The notes beneath the pieces were generated by a model. The model worked only from the letters and a program-made list of their open reading frames with translations, was not told where the DNA came from and did not search any database. Shown here piece after piece: positions 48,460 through 60,597 of a DNA stretch of 64,000 bases. A program made the position numbers and the translations under genes. The stretch covers positions 1,054,001 to 1,118,000 of the forward strand of contig JANJGN010000071.1 of assembly GCA_026770705.1 (NCBI GenBank), written 5' to 3'. Source of the DNA: Isurus oxyrinchus. Taxonomy: Eukaryota. The stretch's first letter is position 1, and every line of letters begins with the position of its first letter.

Positions 48460-49025
48460 GTCTGGCACAGTTTTATGAAGGTCCCCTCACACCCAATCTG
48501 GAGTCACTGGGTTCAGTCCAGAACACCGCACCTCAGGGAGGATATATTGTCCTTGGAGGGGGTGCTGTGCAGAGTCACCAGAACGATCCCGGGGCTGAAA
48601 GGGTTAAATCCCGAGGACAGGTTGCACAGACCAGGCTTGTGTTCCCTCCAGTCTCGAAGATTAAGGGGTGATCTAATCGAGGGGTTTAAGATGATTAAAG
48701 GATTCGATGGGGTCGATAGAGAGAAACTATTTCCCCTGGTGGTGGGGGTGAGGTGAGGGGGGGTCCAGAACAAGGGGGCAGAACATTAACATTGGAGCCA
48801 GGCCATTCAGGGGGTGATGTCAGGAAGCACTTCTTCACACAAAGCGGGGGTGGAAATCTGGAACTCTCTCCCCCAGAAAAAGCTGTCGAGACTGGGAGGG
48901 GTCAATTGTAAATTTCAAAACTGAGATTGGGAGATTGTTGTTGGGTCGGGGGTTAAGGGTCACGGAACCGAGGTGGGTGGATGGGGCTAAGATACAAATC
49001 GGACATGATCCAATCAAATGTTAGG
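48460..49025 (+). mobile_element. CR1 LINE 3' fragment
   Basis: PHLREDILSLEGV...SLQSRRLRGDLIEGFKMIKGFDGVDREKLFPLV. Confidence 0.85.
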
Positions 49026-50427
49026 ACGGTGACTCTCAGGGAGGCTGGCCCAACCCCAGACGCAGCCGTCTCTGTGACCTGCTTCAACCCTGTTGGTCAG
49101 CAATGACAACATGAGTTGATGTTAGCCTGATATGTAGTGCATGGAGGGATATTACTCTCCAGGGTGTGTGTGCATCACAGTGCTCATTCACATGTGTTCC
49201 ATGTGCACCTACATCAGCTGTGTAGACATACAAGCCTCAATGCTGCATCCGGGGAATGTGCCATGTCTCACACCTTAGCTGCAGCACGACCCTTCCCTTG
49301 GAGCTCTGTGTGCTCGAGACATATTTTGTTATTTTTTCCTGCCGTCTCTGTGTCCCCCGACCCGGGAGTGAAAATCCGGCCTTAACTTCCACTTTCTAGT
49401 GTCTGAGACAAGAAGCAATGAGTGAGTGGGCTGACGGTCAGGATTAATGCTGTTAATCTGTGTTTGAGGGGCTGTGAATTCTCGGGGGACTAGTTACTCT
49501 CTGAGCTGCAGCTTCCAAATCCTTATTTGATGCCGTGCATGTGGGGTTGGAAGATTTTTTTAAAACCACAGGCAGTTCACAGAAACCCACAGGAAACCCA
49601 CAGAGAGACAGTCACTGGGAAACACACTCACTCCTTGTGGTTTCACCTTTTAACCACATCCTGTCTGTGTGGCTTAAATGTTAAACACACCGGCCACACT
49701 CAGGGAGGTTTCACTCTGTGAAGCGCTTGCTCTCTCTCTCTCACAAACACATTCACACACGTACAGACACACACAGACACACACATACACACATACATAC
49801 AGACATACACAGAGACACACAGGCACGCACACACACACACTCTCACTCACACACACGCACACACACATACACAAACACACATACACACGCTCACACACTT
49901 ACAGACAGACACACACATACACACATACACACACACACACTCACTCACACACAGGCAAACACACACACAAATATCCTGACAGCAAACTGCGATTAAGAGC
50001 TTCCTACAACTTAACTAACAGAACAAAGACATATTGAACTGTCTGAAAGTGGCCTGTTTTTCAAAGAAATACAAGATTGTACACAGATCAAAAATGGCTG
50101 ACACAAGTCATCTGATTGCTGATACTGTGAAGTTGATCACTTCTCTGGAAAGGTTCAAATGAATTGCAATGCAGACCTGTTGCATGGAAGTTCATGCCTG
50201 GTGTTTGTCAGGGTTCACTTCAAACAGGGGCGCTCTTAAAAGGAAGGCATTAAAATGCAAAGTGCTGGACTTTGATCAGCTGTAGTTCTATCAAAACAGT
50301 AGGAACTGCTCACCAAGTGGATAATCATCAGCCATTCAAAACCCCCTGTGGAGGATACAATACCCCCATCTCCTGTTGATTTATATTTTGAAATGCATCA
50401 AATGTTTTGGAGATGCAAAGATAAAAA

Positions 50428-52023
50428 ATGGGAATACTTGGTCTATAACAATGAATGTAAAACATGCTGATCGAATTGACTTCAGGGATATACAGACAGG
50501 AGTTTAACAAATGGTTCTGCCAAGCAGATATAAGAGAAAGGAGGAGGAAAAAGAAATATGGCAGTCTTCCACAAACACTGCTGGAAAAAAGCAGAAATGA
50601 TTTCTCCCTCCCACTCTTTCTGTTCCTCTCTCTCTCTCTCTCTCTGTCTGAAGCTAACAGAGAGTCTTCAACAACGTGCAAGTCTGAGCCAGATGAAATA
50701 CAGGAATCTGCCGAAAACCAACTAATTTAAAACAGCTTCAAACTTCACAGCCGACGCTGCAGTACAAGCAAATGACACTTAATTTTTTATTGGACTCTAT
50801 AATTATTTTACCTCTGATATCTGTGTGTATGTTTATGTGTGTGTCTGTGTGTGTGTGCCTGTGTGTCTGTTTGTGTGTGTGTGTGTGCTTGTCTGTGTGT
50901 GTGTGTGTTGTGTCTGTGTGAGCGTGTCTGTGTGTGTGCATTTGCCTGTGTGTGCGTGTGAGCCTGTCTGTGTGTGTGTCTGTGCACCTGTCTGTGTGAG
51001 TGTGTGTATGTGTGTGTAATTAAAAAATTAAAATGTGTCCCATTTTTATTATTTTTTCTCCAGTTAGGTAACTAATAAACTGACTCTTTCTTTGACTCAA
51101 CCAAACATGGTTTAATTGGTTCATTCTTAACAACCAAAGAGACTTGTTTTGGAAATTGCATTTGGGGGAAAATATATTTTAAACCCTTTCTTTCAACCAA
51201 CCATAATTACCTGTTAAACCTCTTAACCTCATTACTACTGAATTCAAAGCCCACATCTCAAAACATACAAGTTGGAAATTAGTTGTGACAGTTGTTTCAA
51301 GTTTCCCTCCAGGATTTGAACAGCTCAGCATTTACCATCTGTTATGTCATAACAGAGCTTCCTTCAACTTAACCAACGAGCCAAAAATGTATTGAACTGT
51401 TTAAAGGAGACCTGTTTTTCAAAAGTACAAGATTAGGCTCTGATCATAAATGGCTGTCACGAGTCACCTGATTGCTGATACTGCAAACTTGATCACTTCT
51501 CTGGAAAGCTTCAAATGAATTGCACTACAGACATGTTGCATGAAAGTTCTCACTGAGGTGTGTCAGGGTCCACTTGAAACAGGGGCTCCCTTAAAAATGC
51601 AAAGCGCTGGACTTTGATCACTGTAGGTCTATCAAGGTAATGGGAACTGCTCACCATGCAGATATTCATCAATCATTCAAAACCCCTTGTGGAGGATGAA
51701 ATGCCTCCATCTCCTGTAGATTTATATCTTGAAAAGCATCAAATGTTTCAGAGATGCAAAGATCAAAAAAGGGATTACTTGGTCTGCAACAATGAATGCA
51801 AGACATGCTGATCGAATTCCCTTTTATATGTGTGTATGTGTGTGTGTGTCTGCGTGTGCATTCTGACTGAGCCGAGTTCACAGTTTCACACGTTGCTAGG
51901 GACCACTTTTCCGCCTCTCTGTCAGACTGTGTGTATCTGACAGCAGGTCAGGCAGAAATAGTCCAGAATGTACTGTGGTTTTGTAGCATTGAAACAACGA
52001 CATGAACTAAATGAGTGCTGCAT
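50428..52023. repeat. Segmental duplicate of 1-3510 with an internal deletion
   Basis: Near-identical blocks; the (TG)-rich 50806-51045 occupies the position of the N gap at 357-679. Confidence 0.85.
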
Positions 52024-52025
52024 CA

Positions 52026-52090
52026 CTATCAGTGTGTGGCAGAGAATGAACGTGGAGCAGTGGAGGGATTTATAACCATCTCTGTAGAAC
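52026..52090 (+). pseudogene. Gene C: 3' fragment of a C2 exon fused to the duplicated upstream region
   Basis: YQCVAENERGAVEGFITISVE plus donor gtgagt. Confidence 0.8.
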
Positions 52091-52124
52091 GTGAGTTACA
52101 CAGAATTGAACATTCTCTTGTTGT

Positions 52125-53160
52125 TAGCTCATGGGATGTGGGCATTGTTGACAAGGCCAGAAATTATTGCCCATTTGTAACTGCCCCTTGAGGAGGTGGT
52201 GGTGAGTTGCCTTCTTTAACCACTGCAGTCCATGTGGTGTAGGCACACCCACAGTGCTGTTAGGGAGGGAGTTCCAGGATTTTGACCCAGCGACAGTGAA
52301 GGAACGGCCGATAAAGTTCCAAGTCCAGGGCAGACCACCACCTCATGTTCACCTCCAAATCACAAACCACACTGACTTGGAACTGTCCTGGTGGAAGAGG
52401 TTAAGGGTTTGGAAAGTGCTGTCGAAGGAGCCTAGGTGAGTTGCTGCAGTGCATCTTGTAGATGGTGCACACTGCTGCCATTGTGTGCCAGTGGTGGAGG
52501 GTATGAATGTTTATGCTGGTGGATGGGCTGTCGATCAAACAAGCTGCTCCTGGATGGTGTCGAGCTTCTTGAGTGTTGTTGGAGCCGCACTCATCCAGCC
52601 AAGTGGAGATTATTCCATCACACTCCTGACTTCTGCCTTGTCGATGGTGGACAGGCTTTGGGGAGTCAGGAGGTGAGTTACTCACCACAGAGTACCCAGC
52701 CTCTGACCCGCTCTTAGCCACATTATTTCCTGTTGCCAGGTGATTGCCAGGGCCAACAGCCTTTGCTGTATTCAGTATCATCAGCTGATTCCTGATGTCA
52801 CGTGGAGTCAATCGAATTGTCTGAAAGCTGACATCTGTGATGCTGGGACCCTCTGGAGGAGGCCGAGATGGAGCATCCACTCAGCACTTCTGGCTGAACA
52901 TGGTTGCCAATGCTTCAGCCTTGTCGTTTGCACTGATGTGCTGAGCTCCCCCATCATTAAGGATGGGGATATTTGTGGAACATCCTCCTCCTGTTAGATC
53001 TTTAATTGTCCATCACCATTCATGACTGGATGTGGCAGGACTGCAGAGCTTAGATCTGACCCGTTGGTTGAGGGATCGCTTTGCTCTGTCTATAGCATGT
53101 TGTTTCCGCTGTTTGGCGTGTATGTAGTCCTGTGTGTCACCTCAGCAGCTTGGCACCTCT
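52125..53160 (-). mobile_element. CR1-like LINE remnant
   Basis: AVCTIYKMHCSNSPRLLRQHFPNP; same family as 46995-48070. Confidence 0.8.
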
Positions 53161-53351
53161 GTTATATGTGAATCCTCCTTATAGAAACCTGCATGTACAT
53201 GGATATTATCAATAAATATTACATAGATAAATGTTATTTGTATAGACCTTTCATGCATAGACAATATCACTTCACAAGTTCAGAATTACTACATGTACAT
53301 AGGGAACCATTCTCAAACTGTACCGGAGTCATTCATTGGCTGATTTTACAG

Positions 53352-53448
53352 GGCGAGATTCCAATGAATGGAAAGCAGGATTGCTTGGAGCTGGAATCTG
53401 TTTGAGTGTTGGACTGAGTGGATTCTTCATCTTCAAGTGTGTGAGAAA
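53352..53448 (+). pseudogene. Gene C transmembrane exon (RDSNEWKAGLLGAGICLSVGLSGFFIFKCVRK)
   Basis: 97 nt, phase 1-2, paralogue of 43402-43498, canonical splice sites. Confidence 0.8.
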
Positions 53449-53724
53449 GTAAGTGTGAAGGTTTAATTGGTTGTTTTTGAAAATGTTTTCTTCAACCTTC
53501 GCTCCTTATAGAAAAAACTTGCATTTCTATAGCACCTTTTACAATCCAAAACCCTTCACAGCCCCTGAAGAGTTTTGATGTTCAATCACTATTGAACACC
53601 TCATCCTACACTCCCTGTTTGACAACTCAGTCCTGTAACTGGCAGTTTTGACCCGGACCATAAAATACCCTGTGACCCCTTGAGGATGTGAAAGGTGCTA
53701 TATAAATGAAAACCTTTCTTTCGT

Positions 53725-54172
53725 TAGTGCATGCAATCTCATTCCATTTTCCATGTTTCATTCACTCTCTCTTATCTCCACTAATGCTGGCCTTCTCATT
53801 CTCTCTCTCATTCACTCTCTCTCCAATCTCCACTAATGCCCTCCTTCTCATTCTCTCTCTCATTCACTCTCTCTCCAATCTCCACTAATGCTCTCCTTCT
53901 CATTATGTCTCTCATTCACTTTCTCTCCAATCTCCACTAATGCTCTCCTTCTCATTCTCTCTCTCATTCACTCTCTCTCTTATCTCCACTAATTCACTCC
54001 TTCACATTCTTTCCATCATTCACTCTCTCTCCAATCTCCACTAACGCTCTATTTCTCATTCTCTCTCTCATTCACTCTCTCTCCTATCTCCACTAATGCT
54101 CTCCTTCTCATTCTCTCTCTCATTCACTCTCTCTCCAATCTCCACTAATGCTCTCCTTCTCATTCTCTCTCT
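53725..54172. repeat. ~50-bp CT-rich minisatellite
   Basis: Unit ctccactaatgctctccttctcattctctctctcattcactctctctccaat. Confidence 0.9.
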
Positions 54173-54399
54173 CGTCCTCTTACACGTTGTTCAGTCTCTC
54201 ACATTTTTAAGGAGCGCTGAGCTACATCTGCTCCTTCAGAAGATCCACCTCAACACCTGGAGTGAGCAGAGAATTGCAACTCGCTCAACGACTGCTCAGC
54301 TTTACACAGGAATCACGTCACAGAGTCAGGACAAAAAGGGTTAACAGTTTTCTTTCAACACAACACTAAGGCCCTACGTTTCAATGAAAGGGTTTTCAC

Positions 54400-54715
54400 A
54401 ATTGTTCCCCAATTCCTGATTTTGTCTCACAGAGACACATCAACCCTTTCTCATTAAATACACAGAGGGAGCAGCACAGGAAGAGGTCATTCAGCCCAAG
54501 CAGAGCGTGTGGGCAGTTCCTCCCCAGGCGAGCAGTCGGACAGGTCCTGGGTAAGTAACGGAACGATTGGAACTCACTTCCATGACCAACACCGTCCTTT
54601 GTTGATGTTGTGACTTTATAAAGACAGATTCCAATGATTGATGCCTTTGAAATATTTCTACTGATTATTGAGATCTGGGTGTGAGGCTCAAGTCTGTTGT
54701 ACAGAACATCTTTCT
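54400..54715 (+). repeat. Duplicated copy of the gene A promoter/exon 1 and start of intron 1
   Basis: Matches 25440-25755; donor at 54550; ETS site altered (aattcctgat). Confidence 0.8.
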
Positions 54716-55061
54716 GGTTAAATTATGCAGACAGGTTACACACAGTCTACAATTATATTCACTCGGGCCTAGAAGATTAAGGAGTGATCTAATTGAGGGG
54801 TTCAAACTGATTAAACACTCGATAGGGTCGATAGAGAGAAGCTATTCCCTCGGGTGGGGGTGGGTGGTGGGGGTCGGGTGGAGTCCAGAACAAGGGGGCC
54901 GGAACTTCAGATTGGAGCCAGGCCGTTCAGGGGTGATGTCAGGAAGCACTTCTTCACACAAAGGGGAGTGGAAATCTGGAACTCTCTCCCCAATAATCAA
55001 ACCCAACACCGAATACACATCATGTTGATTGTCACTCTGTCCATTTCCATCTCTATTACAG

Positions 55062-55166
55062 AAGAGAGGCGAGGGGAAAGCAGGAATCAAATCGAACCAC
55101 CGTGTTGATGAATATCGAGGTCCTGTTTATGAAAACTGTGAGCGTGGTTGGGCTTTGAGGAATCAG
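55062..55166 (+). pseudogene. Gene C cytoplasmic exon (KRGEGKAGIKSNHRVDEYRGPVYENCERGWALRNQ)
   Basis: Acceptor ctattacag, donor CAG|gtgagt, 105 nt, phase 0-0. Confidence 0.7.
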
Positions 55167-55302
55167 GTGAGTCACACACCACAGGATCACCAGCCTCTCA
55201 GCTGCTCCAGTAGCCTGGTTATTGATATGGCTGCTCCAGTCCTGTATCTGCAATGTTTTATACAGTCACTCCCAAACCCAACCAAACTCACACCCAACAC
55301 CA

Positions 55303-55652
55303 TTCAGAATCAATAATCAAACCCCGTTCAGTATCAATAATCAAACCCCGTTCAGTATCAATAATCAAACCCCATTCAGTATCAATAATCAAACCCCGTT
55401 CAATATCAATAAGCAAACCCCGTTCAGTATCAATAATCAAACCCCGATCAGTATCAATAAACAAACCCCATTCTGTATCAATAATCAAACCCCGCTCAGA
55501 ATCAATAATCAAACCCCGTTCAGTATCAATAATCAAACCCCGTTCAGAATCAATAATCAAATCCCGTTCAGAATCAATAATCAAACCCCGTTCAGAATCA
55601 ATAATCAAACCCCGTTCAGTATCAATAATCAAACCCTGTTCAGTATCAATAA
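55303..55652. repeat. 24-bp minisatellite
   Basis: Unit atcaataatcaaaccccgttcagt, about 14 copies. Confidence 0.95.
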
Positions 55653-55751
55653 TTAATGTATCCATTGTGGGTGGAATTTTCGATTTGGATCAATAATTCT
55701 AAACACTGATCACTCTGATTGTCACTCTGATCATTTCTGTTTCTATTACAG

Positions 55752-55868
55752 AAGAAAGATGAGAAGGATCTGGAAATGAAATCTAACCGCGGAGTCAATC
55801 CTGATACAGATGATGATCTTTACGCAAACTGTGAATTTGCCAAGGATTCTGTTTATGGGAATTTATAA
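55752..55868 (+). pseudogene. Gene C terminal exon (KKDEKDLEMKSNRGVNPDTDDDLYANCEFAKDSVYGNL*)
   Basis: Acceptor ctattacag, phase 0, stop at 55866-55868; acceptor region homologous to that of the preceding exon. Confidence 0.7.
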
Positions 55869-56984
55869 ACTGAGCAAGAATGAGACACACACAGTGTAGG
55901 GAGAATACAGAACGGGAGAATCATTCAAAACTCTAACTTACCTTCCTAATATCCACAGGAACTCACTCCCAGGAAATAGATTTAAACCTCTTGTTACAAT
56001 CTGATGGAATTTCTTCGGAATGATCTATCCAGGATGATTGTCTGTGGGTTTCAATTCGAACATCCTCCTTCAGAATTGTCCCTCCCTGTTGGAAACATCC
56101 TTCTCTCCATTCTGATTGTAAATGTCTTTAGATATCGTTCGATGATGTACCAGGACAGAACGGACAAATTCAATCCCGTGTCCATGATTATGAGTTAATT
56201 TTCATTCTGTTATTCACCTTCCTGTCAGTCAGTGTTTACAGAATATTCATCAGCCAGTGTAGACTTCAGGAAATGCAGGATCGGTGGATAATTGGAGCAG
56301 AGGAGATAGGCAAAATTTACTCAGCATTTTGTAATCAAATGTATTTTTAGATATATATTTGGATTTTACACTTCATCGTTAAACAGCAAAACTAACAGCA
56401 ATCTGGGAAACAGGGAAACAATTTGTTTGGAGATTTGAGAAATTCTCTGCAGCTCAGAGGAGAACAGATGTGCTACAGTGCCACCACTGGTGGGAGGACA
56501 TCATTTCAGCGTGACATGTTTACATTGATGTTGCCAGTGAACATAGGAAATTATGATGTGAAAAATTGGTTGCAGGTTTACCTTCTTCAGAAGTTCATGG
56601 ATGGATGAGACAGCTTTGATAACAGAATGAGATATAGCTGCAATAAACCTCAATTTTAGTCTTTCACACTTGGAGAGTACAATTAGCATCCATTCTGAAG
56701 GCTGAGTGGATGGGTGGACTGTGCGATGTGTTTCAGATCACAGAGACCAACATCCTTGATCCTGGTTCTGCTCTATGTTTGATGACATTCTTGGATAAAA
56801 GATTGGGAAAATAAATAATCCTCCTGCATTGATCTGTAACTGGTCTCTCCATCTGTCAATGTCCTGAGGAGAGAATTGGGTTTGAGGTCCAAAATCAGAT
56901 GCATACTTTGACTGCCCATTGAATAGGAACAGGAGGAGGCCATTCAGCCCCCTCGAACCTGCTACACAGGAACAAGAGAGCACC

Positions 56985-57200
56985 TGAAATAAAAACAGAA
57001 AATGCTGGAGAAACTGAGTAGGTCTGGCAGCATCTGAGGAGAGATAAACAGAATTAACATTTCGAGTCCGTATGACCCTTCTTCAGAGTCTCAAAGCAAA
57101 AACTCTGTTTCTCTCTCCACAGCTGCTGCCAGACTTGCTGAGTTAATGCAGCATTTTCTGTTTTTAGTTCAGATTTACAGCATCTGCAGTATTTATTTTC
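56985..57200. mobile_element. Palindromic Penelope-associated short element; related pieces at ~8030-8120, 30355-30495 and 61445-61580
   Basis: aaaacagaaaatgctgg...ctggcagc / gctgccag...cagcattttctgttttt inverted arms. Confidence 0.6.
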
Positions 57201-57202
57201 AA

Positions 57203-58625
57203 TGAGAGGAGGACATTCAGCCCCTCGAGCCTGTTACACAGGAACAGGAGGAGGCCCATTCTGTCCCCTTGAGCCAGTTACACAGGAACAGGAGGAGGCC
57301 CATTCTATCCCTTTGAACCTGTTACACAGGAACAGGAGGAGGCCCATTCTGTCCCCTCGAGCCTGTTACACAGGAACAGGAGGAGGCCCATTCTGTCCCC
57401 TTGAGCCAGTTACACAGGAACAGGAGGAGGCCCATTCACCCTCCTCGAGCCGGTTACACAGGAACAGGAGGAGGCCCATTCTGTCCCCTTGAGCCTGTTA
57501 CACAGGTACAGGAGACCCATTCAGTCTCCACCACCTTGTTACACAGGAACATTAGGGGCTCCATTCAGCCACTCAAGCCTGTTCCACATGAACGGGAACA
57601 AAAACAAAAATAGCTGGAAAAACTCAGCAGGTCTGACAGGATCTGCGGAGAGGAAGACACTTGACGTTTTGGGTCTGTATGACTCTTCATCAGAACTAAG
57701 GGAATCGAGAAATGAGGTGACGTTTTAGCTGGTAGAGGGGGGTGGGACAGGTAGAGCTGGATTGTGGGCCAGTGATAGGTGGAGGCAAAGAAGAGGTTGC
57801 CAAAGATGTGATAGACAAAAGGACAAAGGGGTGTTGACGGTGGTGATATTATCTGAGGAATGTGCTAATGGGGACATTAAGGGTAGAAAGCAGGACGAGC
57901 AAGAGACAGATAGTCCTAGTGGGGGTGGGGTGGGGGAAAGGATTGAAATAGGCTAAAAGGTAGAGATACAACAACAGATGTAAAACATTTAAAAATAATG
58001 GAAATAGGTGGGAAAAGAAAAATATATAAATAAAATAAATATTAAAAATGATCAATGATTGGAAAAGGGAGATTGGAAAGGGGGTGGGGATGGAGGAGAG
58101 AGTTCATGATCTGAAATTGTTGAACTCAATATTCAGTCGGGAAGGCTGTAAAGTGCCAGGTCGGAAGATGAGGTGTTGTTCCTCCAGTTTGTGTTGGGCT
58201 TCACTGGAACAATGCAGCAGGCCAAGGACAGACATGTGGGCATGAGAGCAGGGTGGGGTGTTAAAATGGCAAGCGACAGGGAGGTCTGGGTCATGCTTGT
58301 GGACAGACCGAAGGTGTTCATCAGAGCGATCACCCAGTCTGTGTTTGGTCTGTCCCATGTAGAGGAGACCACATTGGGAGCAGTGAAGGCAGTAGATTAA
58401 ATTGAGGGAAGTGCAAGTGAAATGCTGCTTCCAATGATGCTCCTAATGTACTCGAGCCTGGTACACAGGAACTGGGGAAGGCCAATTCAGCCCCTTTAGC
58501 CTTTTACACAGGAACAGGAGGAGGCCCATTCAGCCCCTCGAGCCTATAACACAGGAACAGGAGGAGGCCCATTCAGCCCACTCAAGCCTGTTACACAGGA
58601 ACAGGAGGAGGCCCATTCAGCCCAA
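57203..58625. repeat. ~42-bp CR1-tail-derived minisatellite (57203-57595, 58450-58625) split by a Penelope element
   Basis: Same unit as 10370-10732. Confidence 0.85.
57596..58432 (-). mobile_element. Penelope-like retroelement 3' end (GIY-YIG endonuclease)
   Basis: GQTKHRLGDRSDEHLRSV...LPVACHFN...KLEEQHLIFRPGTLQPSRLNIEFNNFR. Confidence 0.85.
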
Positions 58626-58759
58626 GCAGAGCGTGTGGGCAGTTCCTGTCCAGGCGAGCAGTCGGACAGGTCCCGGGTAAGTAATGGATCGATTGGAAAT
58701 CACGGGGGAAGTTCTGAGGGCTCCTAATCCATTGTCCTGTCTTCTAAATCAGCACCTTA

Positions 58760-59035
58760 ATACTGACCCTTCAACAGTGCGGTACTCCCTCAGTACTGAT
58801 CCTCCAACAGTGCAGCACTCCCTGATTAATGTCCCTCTGACAGTGCAGCACTCCCACAGTACTGACCCTCCAACAGTGCAGCACTCCCTGATAAATGTCC
58901 CTCTGACAGTGCAGCACTCCCTCAGTACTGACCCTCAAACAGTGGAGATCTCCCTCAGTACTGACCTTACAATAGTGCAACACTCGCTCAGTAATGACCA
59001 TCCGACAGTGCAGCACTCCCTCAGTACTGACACTG
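58760..59035 (-). repeat. 33-bp SINE-derived minisatellite
   Basis: Tandem units. Confidence 0.85.
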
Positions 59036-59264
59036 GGGAGTTTCAGTCTACTCTGTGGGGCAGACGTCCCATGAATGGGGTCTTGAATCCCACAACGTTC
59101 TGACCCCCTGAATTTGGCTGTGAAACCCACTGACCCACAGGAGAAACTCCTGGTCAATGACTGTCCTGTCCACCTCTGAGCAGAAATATCACCACAGGGT
59201 CAGGACACAAACGGTTAACAGTTCACCAACATCTCAAAACAAGAGCTGCTCTGTCACTTTGATC

Positions 59265-59406
59265 CAACTTCCTCATTTTGTCTCACAGAGACACATCAAC
59301 CCTTTCTCATTAAATACACAGAGGGAGCAGCACAGGAAGAGGTCATTCAGCTCAAGCAGAGCGTGTGGGCAGTTCCTCCCCAGGCGAGCAGTCGGACAGG
59401 TCCTGG
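59265..59406 (+). promoter_or_regulatory. Gene D putative promoter and non-coding exon 1
   Basis: Copy of 25445-25588 with an intact ETS site and gtaagt donor. Confidence 0.55.
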
Positions 59407-59815
59407 GTAAGTAACGGAACGATTGGAATTCACTTCCACCACCAACACCGTCCTTTGTTGTTGTTGTGACTTTATAAAGACAGATTCCAATGATTGATGC
59501 CTTTGAAAGATTTTTACTGATAATTGAGATCTGGTGTGAGGCTCAAGTCTGTTATACAGAACATCTTTCTAGCTCAAGGGATGAGGGAAGTGCAGAGACA
59601 TGAGATTTGGGATGCCCTGAGGTAGTGAAAGGTGCTATGGAAATGCAAATCCTTCATTGTTTGTCTTTCTTACAGCCTTGTAACTCTCTGCAGAGCACCT
59701 ATCATCCCACAGAGAATCAAATTATTCTGTGAAGACATTGTCTAAAAGCAGTTCTGATCTCTCGAGAGCATTCGGACAAGAGGTGAGGTCTCATTAACTC
59801 CTTTCTCTTTCACAG

Positions 59816-59894
59816 CTTGAGAGTGAGATGTGGATGGAATATCTGGGAGTGGACGATGATCGGGAAATCTACTTCCTCTTGTCACTTTCCCAAG
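59816..59894 (+). pseudogene. Gene D signal-peptide exon (1-nt deletion relative to gene A)
   Basis: ATG at 59856 to the donor is 39 nt, versus 40 nt in gene A. Confidence 0.75.
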
Positions 59895-60597
59895 GTAATA
59901 TCATCATCAGCTCAGACAGATTTATGTTTAACAGTCTTTGTAAAAGATCATTCTTATCTCTTAATCTCTGTAACCTCCTGCAACTCACCCAAACAACTTC
60001 CCAGATCTCTGTGTTACTCCAATTCCGGCCTCTTGACCATCCCCCGATTCCCATCACTCCAATACTGGCGGCCGGGCCTTCAGCTGCCTGGGGCCTGAGC
60101 TCTGGAATTCACTCCCTAAACCTCGGGGATGGAGGAGATCAGAGGGTTTCATTTTACTGAGAATCACCACGACCACATCACAGCTGCAGTCAGAATAGAC
60201 AGAGAGTCCAGCCCTCACACTTCCTGCACAGTTTCACCATAGCAACCACAATATGGAAATTTAAAAATACTGAAAGTTAAACTGAAGCTCAAACCAGTCA
60301 GTGTAGAGAGATGAGATGTTTACACAGTTTCCCTGTGTATCTTGTAGACACTGTGTTGGATGGAAGACTGGCTTCTCTAAACAGGGTCCTGAGGACCATG
60401 AGCCAATGTAGAATGAACTTGTCCACTCCTGTGTCCAGGATTCTCTTCCCTCCGTTGTGAAACCTTGGGGGGTTCTTTGTGTGTCCTGTAGATGGTCCAC
60501 ACTGCAGCCACAGTGCCCCAGTGATGGAGGGGGTGGATATCAAGTCTAGTGGATCTACAAACCATCCAGAGTTAAATATTGATATTTCTCTCCCCAG

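Noticed and set aside
53352-53448. Lys residues in the gene C TM exon as a DAP12-binding charge
   Set aside because: Both lysines (WKAG, FKCV) lie at the edges of the hydrophobic segment, next to polar residues, so an intramembrane charge is not supported.
59828-59894. Upstream ATG rescuing the gene D frame
   Set aside because: It gives an acidic, poor signal peptide, and the V-set still has a premature stop.
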